Part shown: one piece after another, positions 32,233 through 44,037 of the stretch
Numbering within the stretch: position 1 is the first letter of the stretch
Layout of the letters: each line of letters begins with the position of its first letter
Assembly (NCBI RefSeq): GCF_001194135.2
Contig: NC_068996.1
Coordinates: forward strand, 17,787,340-17,836,284
DNA: 48,945 bases
Source of the DNA: Octopus bimaculoides
Taxonomy: Eukaryota
Direction of reading: 5' to 3'
Made by a program: the position numbers and the translations under genes
The notes under the pieces: model-generated
The model's input: only the letters and a program-made list of their open reading frames with translations
Told to the model about the DNA's origin: nothing
Database searches by the model: none

Positions 32233-33039
32233 TCATATATATATATAGTGAGGTGAGTAGGTAGGTGTGAATCCTTAATGTTGAATACAAAGCGGGCCTG
32301 AAGGGCATGCATATGAAAATGCTAAAAATGTTTCATGCAAATGAAAGGGTTGTTATGCCAGGGGATGAGTATTAGGTATATGTATATATATGAATGATTA
32401 GGTGTGAGTATGTATATGAACCAGCTGTAGAGCTAGTATACACACGGAGTATCATATATTAAGCTTATGTAAGAATATGTGAGCATGTAAATAAATATGA
32501 TTAATTGTTTTATTGGATAAACTTATTCAAATTGTTGGATTTAGTATAAAGACTTGACTTCTGATATGTAGACAACTTGTCTGATAATTATTCTCATTTA
32601 ATTGTATATAATTTAATTGTTTGTTTATTCATACGTTTCATCTCATTCGATCCCCTGACCCCAATGTTTGTTTTGTCTGTCCTCGTATCGTCCCCTCTTT
32701 TTCTCAACGTCATGGTTAATAAAGAAATTGACTTTCTGTAGCAACCTCAAAATACAAATTGTCAACACTTCTATAAACAAATTTGTTTATGGAAGTTGAT
32801 TCTGCTGAATATGAGCTTGCGTTAATGAGTTTCATTTTCAATGAGATACTAGACTTATTATCGTCTTAAAATCTTTAAGCTCCCCTTTCATCTATTTTAT
32901 TCTCTTTTTACCCATATTTGCTTTTATAATTACCTATATATGGTAATTATATATATGGTAATTACATATATGGTATATATGGTTTTTAATGAGATTAAAA
33001 AGTCAATCATTCAGGCATTTTGCAGCATTCTAATGAGTT

Positions 33040-33725
33040 GATTTCAACATGAGCTGTCTTGGAAATATTGCACAGTTCCCAAGAGCAACCAGTTTAGATC
33101 CTGTTTTAAGAAGCTGGAATCCTACAATGTACAGTGGCATCAGTGCAGTGGTCAAACAAAGCAGACATCTCTCAGATCTGAATCATGTGCTCAGTTCATC
33201 AAGGATGGTCCCTCTTCATCTCTTCTCCCCTGTCTGTTTCAGCAGTGGAGTTTTATTATAGAAGTTGTAGAATTTAAGAGGTATATTTGGATGCTGTCAG
33301 TCATGGCATTGAGCACACTGGAAATCAAAGTAGTCAACACTAGACCGAAACAGTACCAGGAGTTTACAAGGGCACACATCAAGCAGGATAAGTTAGATGA
33401 CATGCCACTCGGTACCTGGAGAGACAAGTTCAAGCCCAAGTAGGGGTAATTTTTATTACTAGAGCAAGATCCCAGTTAAGGTGCTCAGTATTTGATTCAA
33501 ATGAAACCCCAGAGAGATAAAAAAAAAAACTGGGAAAACGGGGCACAAGGATGGTAACCAGCCTTTGACACAGATAGAGAAGAAATTGTCTCTAAATGGC
33601 TAAGCAAGATGGGCAGCACCAACACCTTTTCTCTGTGGTCTACTACCATCTGACCATTATGCTTTGTCCCAAGAAACACTGACCAAACTGGAGCACATAT
33701 CCTCTTGGAAGGAACAGGCTCCCAA
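33040..33725 (+). mobile_element. Degenerate Tx1/L1-clade LINE RT fragment
   Basis: Frameshifted remnants CSVHQG(W), KL.NLRGI, QYQEFTRAHIKQDK..MPLGTWRDK, KNW, KKLSL, VVYYHLT, LTKLEH, LWK, in L1/Tx1 RT order. Confidence 0.6.
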
Positions 33726-33936
33726 TATTTAGGTGATTTAATGTGTTTTTGTCAATATTGCCTTTTTTTCATCCAATGTATGCTTCTAATGTTATTGCTG
33801 CTTATCTTTTGTATTGTCTCCACATGTTTAACCCTTGAGGCCAATAAAAGAACTCACACAACTCTTCAGACTTTACACCAAATTCTTGTCTCCTACAGAA
33901 CTATTTGCCAATAATATATCAATAGTTTGATGATAG

Positions 33937-34006
33937 GTTATTAGTGTATTACTGAGCTTTATTGATTTCATATAACTACAATGTGTTCTCACTATGAATT
34001 GTGTGA

Positions 34007-34037
<31 letters not shown>

Positions 34038-34130
34038 TGTGTGTGTGTGTGCGTGTACACTCACACAATTCATAGTGAGAACACATTGAAGTTATATGAA
34101 ATCAATAAAGCTCAGTAATACACTAATAAC
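33937..34130. repeat. Near-perfect palindrome: 74-bp arms, 46-bp microsatellite spacer
   Basis: 33937-34010 is the reverse complement of 34057-34130 with one mismatch (33978/34089). Confidence 0.93.
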
Positions 34131-34194
34131 TGTATATATATATATACATAAACACAAACACATACATGAATGCAGACATATATATATATATACA

Positions 34195-34230
<36 letters not shown>

Positions 34231-34775
34231 TGTGTGTGTGTGTGTGTGTATGTATGTGTGTATGTATGTACGTATGTATGTATGTATGTATACATGTATG
34301 CATGCATGTATATATATGTTTATGCATGTATGCATATATACATGTATATGTATATATGTGTATGTGTGTGTGTGTTTATATATACACACACATACACTCA
34401 TATATTTGTGTGTGTGCATATATATATATATANNNNNNNNNNNNNNNNNNNNNNNNNNNNNNNNNNNNNNNNNNNNNNNNNNNNNNNNNNNNNNNNNNNN
34501 NNNNNNNNNNNNNNNNNNNNNNNNNNNNNNNNNNNNNNNNNNNNNNNNNNNNNNNNNNNNNNNNNNNNNNNNNNNNNNNNNNNNNNNNNNNNNNNNNNNN
34601 NNNNNNNNNNNNNNNNNNNTATATACATACATATATACATATATACATACATATATACATATATATAAATACATACACACACATAACAATGAGTATATGT
34701 GTGTATTACAAACATGTAGTTGAATGTGTGTGTGCGTGTGCCCATGTGTATGTGTGTGCATGTGCGTGTGTGCAC
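34131..34775. repeat. Compound (TA)n/(TACA)n/(TG)n microsatellite with gap
   Basis: Direct repeats. Confidence 0.9.
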
Positions 34776-35493
34776 ATTTACTTGTAAACATAAAAATGGA
34801 ATGTTTTGAATTCATTTTTGGTACGTGTGACGTCATCTTCATTCCAAGAAAAAGTAATATTTTAGCAATGAATCTAGAAATTCACCAAAAATTATTGATT
34901 GATCTAATTCTCACACAAGCTTTCATCACATTTTTACTAAGGTTAACGTAACTGTTCTCATTGATCTGTCACCAGAAATCCGTTCCAGGTGAGAGAATGA
35001 TGAAGAGGAGAGGGAGGAAGAAGAACAAGAACAAGAACAAGAACAAGAACAAGAAGGGAGGAGGGGAAAATGATGAAATGAGAATATTCTGGAAAGACAA
35101 GAAAAAAACTAAAGCAGAAATGATATGAGTGAGTACAAGAGGTGAAAGAATGGAATATGGTAGTTCCAATTCCACTCTGAAATTAAATCTCTTTTTGACA
35201 ACATTCTTGTTTCCTTCACACTCATACCCACCCCTGAAAACATACCTGTCAAACTAACAAGAGATACGCAACACTATATGGTTACTTAGCCTGCTAGAAA
35301 TTCTAACTAAATCTACCTCATAACACACTTTACAGTCTTCAGCAAAAATAAGGAAGGTCAAATTAGATAATAGGGATCCTAGAAAGTTTCTAAAAGTTAG
35401 GTGCTTACTCTTGGAATCTCTTCAATCATAAGTCTTCCCTATCAGGTGTGACCAGGGGACAAATTACAATGACATTTTGTGTGTGATTTCTAT

Positions 35494-35524
<31 letters not shown>

Positions 35525-35736
35525 AAATTAATATAAACAGCAAATTGCAATGTTTCACCAAAAAGAAGAATTATAATTGTCACTAAATGTTAAAAAACAC
35601 TTACATTGCTAAAAATAAGAGCTAAAATGCTCTAAAGTTGTAGTTAACACACCTGAATGAAAATATATACACCAACAGGGACCATAATTGTACCCAAAAT
35701 GCCAAGATATATATATATATATATATATATATACGC

Positions 35737-36244
35737 ATGCTCAGGAGTGGCTGTGTGGTAAGTAGCTTGCTTACCAACCACATGGTTCCGGGTTCAGTCA
35801 CACTGTATGGCACCTTGGCCAAGTGTCTTCTACTATAGCCTCGGGCCAACCAAAGCCTTGTGAGTGGATTTGGTAGACAGAAACTGAAAGAAGCCCATCG
35901 TATATATGTATATATATATATATANNNNNNNNNNNNNNNNNNNNNNNNNNNNNNNNNNNNNNNNNNNNNNNNNNNNNNNNNNNNNNNNNNNNNNNNNNNN
36001 NNNNNNTGTGTGTGTGTGTGTGTGTGTGTGTTTGTGTGTCTGTGTTTGTCCCCCTAGCATTGCTTGACAACCGATGCTGGTGTGTTTACGTCCCCGTAAC
36101 TTAGCAGTTCGGCAAAAGATACCAATAAAATAAGTACTAGGCTTACAAAGAATAAGTCCTGGGGTCGATTTGTGCGACTAAAAGGCGGTGCTCTACTATG
36201 GCCACAGTCACATGACTGAAACAAGTAAAAGAGTAAAAGAGTAT
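35737..36244 (+). mobile_element. SINE family C, full length
   Basis: Head AGGAGTGGCTGTGTGGTAAG...GGGTTCAGTC, CACCTTGGCCAAGTGTCTTC, internal TA/TG tract, tail GAAACAAGTAAAAGAGTAAAAGAG. Confidence 0.9.
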
Positions 36245-36315
36245 AGCAACACACACACACATGCACACATGTACATACTTGTGTTTGTGTGTGTGTGTGT
36301 GTGCGTGCGTGTGCG

Positions 36316-37228
36316 AAGGTGCATGGATTTGGTTCATGATCATAAGGTCGTGAGTTCAATTTCCAGTGACGTGTTGTGTCCTTGAGCAGGACATTTTATT
36401 TCACATTATTCCAGTTCACTCAACTGGTAAAAATAAGTTGTACTTGTAATTCAAAGGGTCGGCCTTGTCACTTTCTGTATCATACTGAATCTCCCTGAGA
36501 ATTATGTTAAGGGTATACATGTCTGTGTGGAGGCGCAATGGCCCAGTGGTTAGGGCAGCGGACTCGCGATCGTAGGATCGCGGTTTTGATTCCCAAAGCG
36601 GGTGTTGTGAGTGTTTATTGCGCGAAAACACCTAAAGCTCCACGAGGCTCCGGCACGGGATGGTGGCGAACCCTGCTGTACTCTTTCACCACAACTTTCT
36701 CTCACTCTTACTTCCTGTTTCTGTTGTACCTGTAATTCAAAGGGTCAGCCTTGTCACACTGTGTCACGCTGAATATCCCCGAGAACTACGTTAAGGGTAC
36801 ACATGTCTGTGGAGTGCTCAGCCACTTGCATGTTAATTTCATGAGCAGGCTGTTCTGTTGATCGGATCAACTGGAACCCTCGACATCGTAAGCGACGGAG
36901 TGCCAACAACAACAATACANNNNNNNNNNNNNNNNNNNNNNNNNNNNNNNNNNNNNNNNNNNNNNNNNNNNNNNNNNNNNNNNNNNNNNNNNNNNNNNNN
37001 NNNNNNNNNNNNNNNNNNNNNNNNNNNNNNNNNNNNNNNNNNNNNNNNNNNNNNNNNNNNNNNNNNNNNNNNNNNNNNNNNNNNNNNNNNNNNNNNNNNN
37101 NNNNNNNNNNNNNNNNNNNNNNNNNNNNNNNNNNNNNNNNNNNNNNNNNNNNNNNNNCCAATCTCACATCAATTTCGTGCTTGATTGAATCCACTGAAAT
37201 GTTTGTCATCATAACGGATGGAGAGCCA
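36316..37228 (+). mobile_element. Older chimeric SINE (A-type head plus B-type 3' domain) split by a younger family B insertion
   Basis: 36316-36430 resembles the family A head and core; 36440-36526 resembles 36725-36810; the degenerate continuation at 37158-37228 resembles 36820-36905. Confidence 0.65.
36527..36918 (+). mobile_element. tRNA-derived SINE family B, full length, young
   Basis: Reverse complement of 18057-18454; (ACA)n tail. Confidence 0.92.
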
Positions 37229-37248
37229 GGCCATATATGTGTATGTGT

Positions 37249-37298
<50 letters not shown>

Positions 37299-37339
37299 TG
37301 TCTTTGTGTGCGTGTGTGTCATTGTGTGTGTGTGTGCCT

Positions 37340-37490
37340 TTGTGTCTGTGTTTGTCCCCCACCACTGCTTAACAACCAGTGTTGAAGTGTTTACATCCAC
37401 ATAACTTAGCAGTTCAGCAAAAGGAGACACTGATAGGATAAGTACCAGACTTTAGAAAAATCAGCACTGAGGTTGATTCATTTGACTAAC
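37340..37490 (+). mobile_element. SINE family C tail half
   Basis: TGTGTTTGTCCCCC...ATAACTTAGCAGTTCAGCAAAAG. Confidence 0.7.
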
Positions 37491-37511
37491 AGATACAGCA
37501 CAGTTTCTATC

Positions 37512-37797
37512 AAACTGTCCAACCCATGCCAACATGGAAAACGGACGTTAAATGATGATGATCATCATCATCATCCTCATGGTCATCATGATATATGACA
37601 TCATGTGATAATTGTAAATAAGTGTTACTATCATATAAGCAGTGTTCTTCGTTTGTAATATTTTATGTAAGACATATGTTCATCGATATGATGGAAATAT
37701 TACCTGGTTTCAAAACAGGAGAGGGTTGGCAACAGGAAGGGCATCCAGCTGTAGAAAAAAATCTGCAACCATGGAAAAGTAGACATTAAAACAATGA

Positions 37798-37800
<3 letters not shown>
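37512..37800 (+). mobile_element. Two RTE-type 3' tail fragments
   Basis: CCAACCCATGCCAACATGGAAAACGGACGTTAAATGATG; GGGTTGGCAACAGGAAGGGCATCCAGCTGTAGAAA. Confidence 0.65.
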
Positions 37801-37831
<31 letters not shown>

Positions 37832-39607
37832 GGTGCTGCTGCTGTTGCTGGTTCTGGTAGTGGTGGTGGTGGTGGTGGTGGTGCTGGTGGTAGTATATAC
37901 ATGTATATATACGTGTACATATCATCATCATCATCATCATCGTTTAACGTCCATATACATAAACACATATGCACATATATATATTTATTCCTATACACAA
38001 ACACACACACCTTACAGATCTAAACATTATTAGACTTCAGTTTTTATGCTGTGTTCCATCTCAGTCAACTGTCGGAAATAATTTTTCCTCTTTCCCCATG
38101 CACCCTCTCCACCTTCTTAGCACTACCATAACACCCCTTAAAACTGTAATGAACTCAACCAAAGATCAATGAAGCTCTCCATTTTAGAAAAATCGACAGT
38201 TTTTTCATTTTTTCTTTGCTATTTTATTGTCCTCTTTTTGAGTTTGTTTGATTTTTTTTTTGCCTAATGTTAGTATAAAGAAATAAAATCAAAAACGGTC
38301 GTTATTTGTTTTAAAATGTAACATTACATGAAAGAAAATAAGTAGTTTTTGGCTTAATGACAGGACCATTAATTCTGAGAGAGTAGAGGGTTAGTTGATG
38401 CCATTGGCCCCAGTATTTAACTGGTATTATATTTTATCATTCACGAAAGGATGACCAAAGTGGAATTTGAACTCAGAACATAAGGAGTTGAAACATATGC
38501 CGCAAGGCATTTTCTCAATGCTCTAACAATTTTTCCACCTTAATAATCCTTTCTACTAAAGTCACAAGGCCTGAAATTTGTCGGGAGAGGACTATTCATA
38601 TTACATCAACCCCAGTGTTTCACTGGTACATAATTTATCAACCCTGAAAGAATCAAAGGCAAAGTCGACCTTGGCAGAATTTGAACTCAGAACGAAGCGA
38701 CATTTTGCTCTGCATGCTAACGTTTCTGCCAGCTCACCGCCTGATCAACACCTTAATAATAACAATAATAATCGTAATAATAATGGTTTCAAATTTTGAC
38801 ACAAGGCCAGAAATTTTGGGGGAAGAGATAAGTCCATTACATCAACCACCAGTACTCAAGTGGAACTTATTTTATCAACCCTGGAAGGATAAAGGTTGAC
38901 CCCAGTGGAATTTGAGCTCAGAATGTGAAGACAAACAAAATGCTGCTAAGCATTGTTGCTCGACATGGTAACGATTCCACCAGCTCACTGCCTTATTATT
39001 ATTAATAATAATAATAATAGTAATGGTTTCAAATTCTGACACAAGGGCAATAATTTGAGGGGGAAGGAGATGAGTCAATTACATCGACCCCAGTGTTCAA
39101 CTTATTTTAATGACCCTTAAAGGATGACAGGCAAAGTCGACCTCAGTGGAATTTGAACTCAGAACGTAGTGACAGGCAAAATACAGCTAAGCATTTTAGC
39201 CAGTATGCTAGCAATTCTGCCAGCTCACCTGCCTTAATAATAATAATAATGATAATGGTTACAAATTTTAGCTCAGGAGAAGGGGAAGTCAATTACATCA
39301 ACCCTAGTTCTTGAATGGTAATCATATTAACGACCCCGAAAGTCTGCAAGGCAAATAATCCCATCTACNNNNNNNNNNNNNNNNNNNNNNNNNNNNNNNN
39401 NNNNNNNNNNNNNNNNNNNNNNNNNNNNNNNNNNNNNNNNNNNNNNNNNNNNNNNNNNNNNNNNNNNNNNNNNNNNNNNNNNNNNNNNNNNNNNNNNNNN
39501 NNNNNNNNNNNNNNNNNNNNNNNNNNNNNNNNNNNNNNNNNNNNNNNNNNNNNNNNNNNNNNNNNNNNNNNNNNNNNNNNNNNNNNNNNNNNNNNNNNNN
39601 NNNNNNN

Positions 39608-39812
39608 AATACATAACAAAAATAGCAGGACTTACAAATATATATAACATACAGAAAATTGCACTACTGGGCACTGCACACATCCTACGCAAAATACTTT
39701 CAATACAGTAAACATAAGAGCACCACAGCAAACCACAGCACATACCCAAGGCGCACAGAGCTGCGCTCGGTAGTGAAGTGAAAGCACGTTATAAAAATAA
39801 AACTACTGAATA
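39608..39812 (+). mobile_element. Young R4/Dong 3' end with (AAT/AAC)n tail
   Basis: Near-identical reverse complement of 16316-16517. Confidence 0.92.
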
Positions 39813-39829
39813 ATAATAATAATAACAAT

Positions 39830-39903
<74 letters not shown>

Positions 39904-40219
39904 TAATGGTTACAAATTTTAGCTCAGGAGAAGGGGAAGTCAATTACATCAACCCTAGTTCTTGAATGGTAATCATATTAACGACCCCGAAAGTCTGCAA
40001 GGCAAATAATCCCATCTACACAAGGCCTAAGATGTTGGAAGAGGGAACTAGTCAATTACATCAACCCCAGTGCTTGTCTGGTACAATTTTATTAACTCCA
40101 AAAGGACAAAAAGTGAATTCAGCCTTGATGGAATATGAACTGAGAACGTAAAACCAGAAAAAATTCTGCTAAGCATTTTGTCTAGCATGCTAATGATTCT
40201 GCCAGCTTGCTGCCTTAAT

Positions 40220-41120
40220 AATCATCATCATCATCATCATCGTTTAACGTCCGCTTTCCATGCTAGCATGGGTTGGACGATTTGACTGAGGACTGATGAA
40301 ACCGGATGGCAACACCAGGCTCCAATCTAATTTGGCAGAGTTTCTACAGCTGGATGCCCTTCCTAACGCCAACCACTCAGAGAGTGTAGTGGGTGCTTTT
40401 ACGTGTCACCCGNNNNNNNNNNNNNNNNNNNNNNNNNNNNNNNNNNNNNNNNNNNNNNNNNNNNNNNNNNNNNNNNNNNNNNNNNNNNNNNNNNNNNNNN
40501 NNNNNNNNNNNNNNNNNNNNNNNNNNNNNNNNNNNNNNNNNNNNNNNNNNNNNNNNNNNNNNNNNNNNNNNNNNNNNNNNNNNNNNNNNNNNNNNNNNNN
40601 NNNNNNNNNNNNNNNNNNNNNNNNNNNNNNNNNNNNNNNNNNNNNNNNNNNNNNNNNNNNNNNNNNNNNNNNNNNNNNNNNNNNNNNNNNNNNNNNNNNN
40701 NNNNNNNNNNNNNNNNNNNNNNNNNNNNNNNNNNNNNNNNNNNNNNNNNNNATTCCTTGCGAGCTTACGCATGTCCTCAGCAGTCACAGCCCATGTTTCA
40801 CTGCCATGTAGCATGGCTGTTCGTACACATGCGTCATACAGTCTGCCTTTTACTCTGAGTGAGAGTCCCTTTGTCGCCAGCAGAGGTAAGAGCTCTCTAA
40901 ACTTGGCCCAGGCTATTCTTATTCTAGAAGTTACACTTTCAGCGCACCCACCCCAACTACTAACTTGGTCACCCAGATAGCGGAAGGTATCGACTACCTC
41001 TAGTTTTTCTCCCTAGAATGAGATAGAAGTTGTTTCCTGTTTGTTTACAGTCTTTATTGCACCTGAACATCTGCCACATACAAAAACTAACTTCGTAGTT
41101 AATCTGCTTTGATATTGCTA
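40220..41120 (-). mobile_element. RTE-clade LINE, 5'-truncated within the PHD-like insert
   Basis: (CAT)n tail; 3' UTR; MLHGSETWAVTAEDMRKLARN; KLEVVDTFRYLGDQ; LVFVCGRC at about 41067-41090. Confidence 0.9.
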
Positions 41121-41122
41121 AT

Positions 41123-41165
<43 letters not shown>

Positions 41166-41566
41166 GGTTCAAATTTTGGCACAAAGCAGCATTTTCAGGG
41201 AAGGGGATAAGTCAATTAAATTGACACCAGTATTCAACTGGTACTTATTTTATTGACCACAAAAGGATGAGAGGCAGTTGACCTCAGTGGAATTTGAACT
41301 CAGAACGTGAAGACAGATGAAATGCCACAAAGCATTTTGCCCAACCTGTTAGTGATTCTGCTGCCTTCGATAATGGTTTCAAATTTTTGCACAAGGCTGT
41401 AAATTGGTAGGGTGGGGTCTAGTAAATTACATTGGCCCCACTGCTCAATTGGTACTTATTTTATTGACCCCAGAAAGGATGAAAGATGAAGCCAACCTCA
41501 GTAGAATTTGAACTTAGAATGTAAAGACAGCAGAAATGCGGTTAAGCATTTTGTCTGGCGTGCTAA

Positions 41567-41569
<3 letters not shown>

Positions 41570-41597
<28 letters not shown>

Positions 41598-42683
41598 GTT
41601 TAACGTCCGCTTTCCATGCCAGCATGGGTTGGACAATTTGACTGAGGACTGGCGAACCAGATGGCTGCACCAGGCTCCAATTTGATTTGGCAACGTTTCT
41701 ACAGCTGGATGCCCTTCCTAATGTCAACCACTCTGAGAGTGTAGTGGGTGCTTTTATGTGCCACTGGCACGAGGGCCAGTCAGACTGGCAATAATCACGC
41801 TCAAATAGTGCTTTTTACATGCCACCAGACTGGCAATAATCACGCTCAAATAGTGCTTTTTACATGCCACCAGCACGGAAGCCAGACAGCTGCTCTGGCA
41901 ATGATCACGCTCGGATGCTGTTGTTAGCATTCCACTGGCATGGATGCCAGTCATCGAATTTGGTTCGATTTCGATTTCACTTGCCTCAACAGGTTTTCAC
42001 AAGCAGAGTTTAGTGTCCATTGAAGGAAAGGTACACATAAGTGGGCTGGTTACACCCCTGTCAAAGGCAACAGGTTATGATGTTACTTGGCTTGCTGGGT
42101 CTTCTCACGCACAGCACATTTCCAAAGGTCTCGGTCAGAAGTCATTGCCTCGGTGAGGCCTAATGTTTGAAGGTCGTGCTTCACCACCNNNNNNNNNNTC
42201 CAAAGGTCTCGGTCAGAAGTCATTGCCTCGGTGAGGCCTAATGTTTGAAGGTCGTGCTTCACCACCTCATCCCAGGTCTTCCTGGGTCTACCCCTTCCAC
42301 AGGTACCCTCAACAGCTAGGCTGTGGCACTTTTTCACGCAGCTGTCCTCATCCATTCTCGCCACATGACCATATCAGTGCAATCGTCTCTCTTGCACACC
42401 ACATCTGATGCTTCTTAGGTCCAACTTTTCTCTCAAGGTACTTACACTCTGTCGAGTATGCAAACTGACATTACACATCCATCGGAGCATACTGGCTTCA
42501 TTCCTTGCAAGCTTACACACGTCCTCAGCAGTCATGGCCCATGTTTCACTGCCATGTAGCATGGCTGTTCGTACACATGCGTCATACAGTCTGCCTTTTA
42601 CTCTGAGTGAGAGGCCCTTTGTCACCAGCAGAGGTAGGAGCTCTCTGAACTTTGACCAGGCTATTCTTATTCTAGCAGCTACA
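41570..42683 (-). mobile_element. RTE-clade LINE, 5'-truncated
   Basis: ORF pieces 42374-42625 and 42083-42364 (RTAMLHGSETW...GRGRPRKTWDEVVKHDL); complete 3' UTR with (CAT)n tail; exact 45-bp tandem duplication at 41781-41870. Confidence 0.92.
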
Positions 42684-42684
42684 T

Positions 42685-42858
42685 GGTGGTAGCAGCAGCG
42701 GTGGTAGCAGCAGCAGTGGTAGCAGTAGCGGTGGTAGCAGCAGCGGTGGTAGCAGCAGCGGTGGTAGCAGCAGCGGTGGTAGCAGCAGCGGTGGTAGCAG
42801 CAGCGGTGGTAGCAGCAGCGGTGGTAGCAGCAGCGGTGGTAGCAGCAGCGGTGGCAGC
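42685..42858. repeat. 15-bp minisatellite (GGTGGTAGCAGCAGC) x11 plus a partial unit
   Basis: Units start every 15 bp from 42685 to 42835; only the third unit deviates. Confidence 0.95.
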
Positions 42859-43089
42859 GGACATGGTGGTGGTGGCGATGGCAGTGGTGGAGATAATGAT
42901 AATGATGACAACAACAGCCACAATGATAATAATGATGACAATGATTTATGAGAGATTAAAGAATATGCTGACATCTATTGAAATTACAAGAAAATTTAAT
43001 GGTTTTAACCTGCAAATCAACCAAGAATTGAAACTTCCTCCTCAGTTTAACATCATTAGCTGTTTACTTGCTATCTCCACCTACTATAT

Positions 43090-43575
43090 CATCATCGTTT
43101 AATGTCCACTCTCCATGCTGGCATGGATTGGATGGTTTGACAGGGAGCTGTCTAGACTCCAATTGTCTGTTTTGGCATGGTTTCTATAGCTGGATGCCCT
43201 TCCTAATGCCAGCCACTTGACAGAGAGTGTTGGGTGTCTTTTTACATATCACCATCATGTGTGCTTTTAACACAGCACTGACACAGGTGCATTAATACAT
43301 CACCAGCATGGGTGCTTTTTAAGTGGCACCAACACTTAAAAGGTGCAAACCTGTATGTGTGGAAGACAGCAATTTTACTTAGCTTGATGCATATTATCAA
43401 GTACAGCAAAAATCACCTCATCTCCTGATCCCTTGTCATTTTCTCAGTGAGTCCCAGCATCTGAAGATCCTTTTTCATCACTTCATTCCATGTCTTTCTG
43501 GCTTGACCCCCTTCCACAGGTTCCCTCTTTATGCAGCTCTCCTCATTCGTACACATCACATGACCAAACCAGCAG
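43090..43575 (-). mobile_element. Older RTE subfamily 3' end
   Basis: CATCGTTTAATGTCCACTCTCCATGCTGGCATGG; GCTGGATGCCCTTCCTAATGCC; CCCTTCCACAGGTTCCCTC. Confidence 0.7.
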
Positions 43576-43754
43576 AAATTATATTGCTTTCATGATTGAT
43601 AATTTCTTTTCACAATGGCTAATTGCTGAATTTCTAATGACCCTCTTGAAATATAGGAAACATTTTTTTCTTCTCCCTATAGAACTGTTAACTTCATCTT
43701 TGTGGATAACAAGGGGAGAGGAAGCTGTAAAACCTAACATTTGTCATCATTATC

Positions 43755-44037
43755 ATCATCGTCATCATCTTTTCTCGAGCATCACTGTCTTGTGTCCTAG
43801 ATTCACAGGGTCAGTTACTCAGTTCCCAGGACATATTAAGTGACCAAGATCACAACATTTGCCCCTGAATGGGATACCAGTCTGTCACAGTCTGTTACTC
43901 ATTTCTACAGCTGAGTGAACTGGAGCAGCGTGATGTAAATTGTTTTGCTCAAGAACACATCACATCACCTTGTCTGTGATTTAAGACAATGATCTTGTGA
44001 TTGTGAGAACAAAACCCTAACCACCAGGCCATATGAC
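43755..44037 (-). mobile_element. SINE with family A head and core but a different 3' tail
   Basis: ACTCATTTCTACAGCTGAGTGAACTGGAGC...GCTCAAGAACAC shared with family A; tail GCCCCTGAATGGGATACCAGTCTGTC is not shared. Confidence 0.65.

Larger units (their letters stand above)
38345..41568 (-). mobile_element. Head-to-tail cluster of SINE family G copies with nested LINEs
   Basis: Copies at about 38350-38541, 38544-38752, 38781-38994, 39021-39235, partial 39253-39353 and 39904-40005, 40019-40216, 41161-41367, 41371-41567. They share GGAATTTGAACTCAGAAC (B box on the minus strand); most are separated by (AAT)n. Confidence 0.88.

Noticed and set aside
32295-32340. Degenerate hammerhead-like string CTGAAGG-GCAT...ATGC-TAAAAATGTT
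   Set aside because: It needs at least three core changes and has no convincing stem I.
38345-41568. Repeat-spacer appearance reminiscent of CRISPR (also the 13-bp and 18-bp arrays)
   Set aside because: Eukaryotic context, roughly 200-bp diverged units or spacer-less tandem repeats, and no cas genes
20607-42266. Exact duplications flanking 10-N gaps (20607-20650/20661-20704; 25997-26033/26044-26080; 42121-42188/42199-42266)
   Set aside because: Typical unmerged contig overlaps, treated as assembly artefacts
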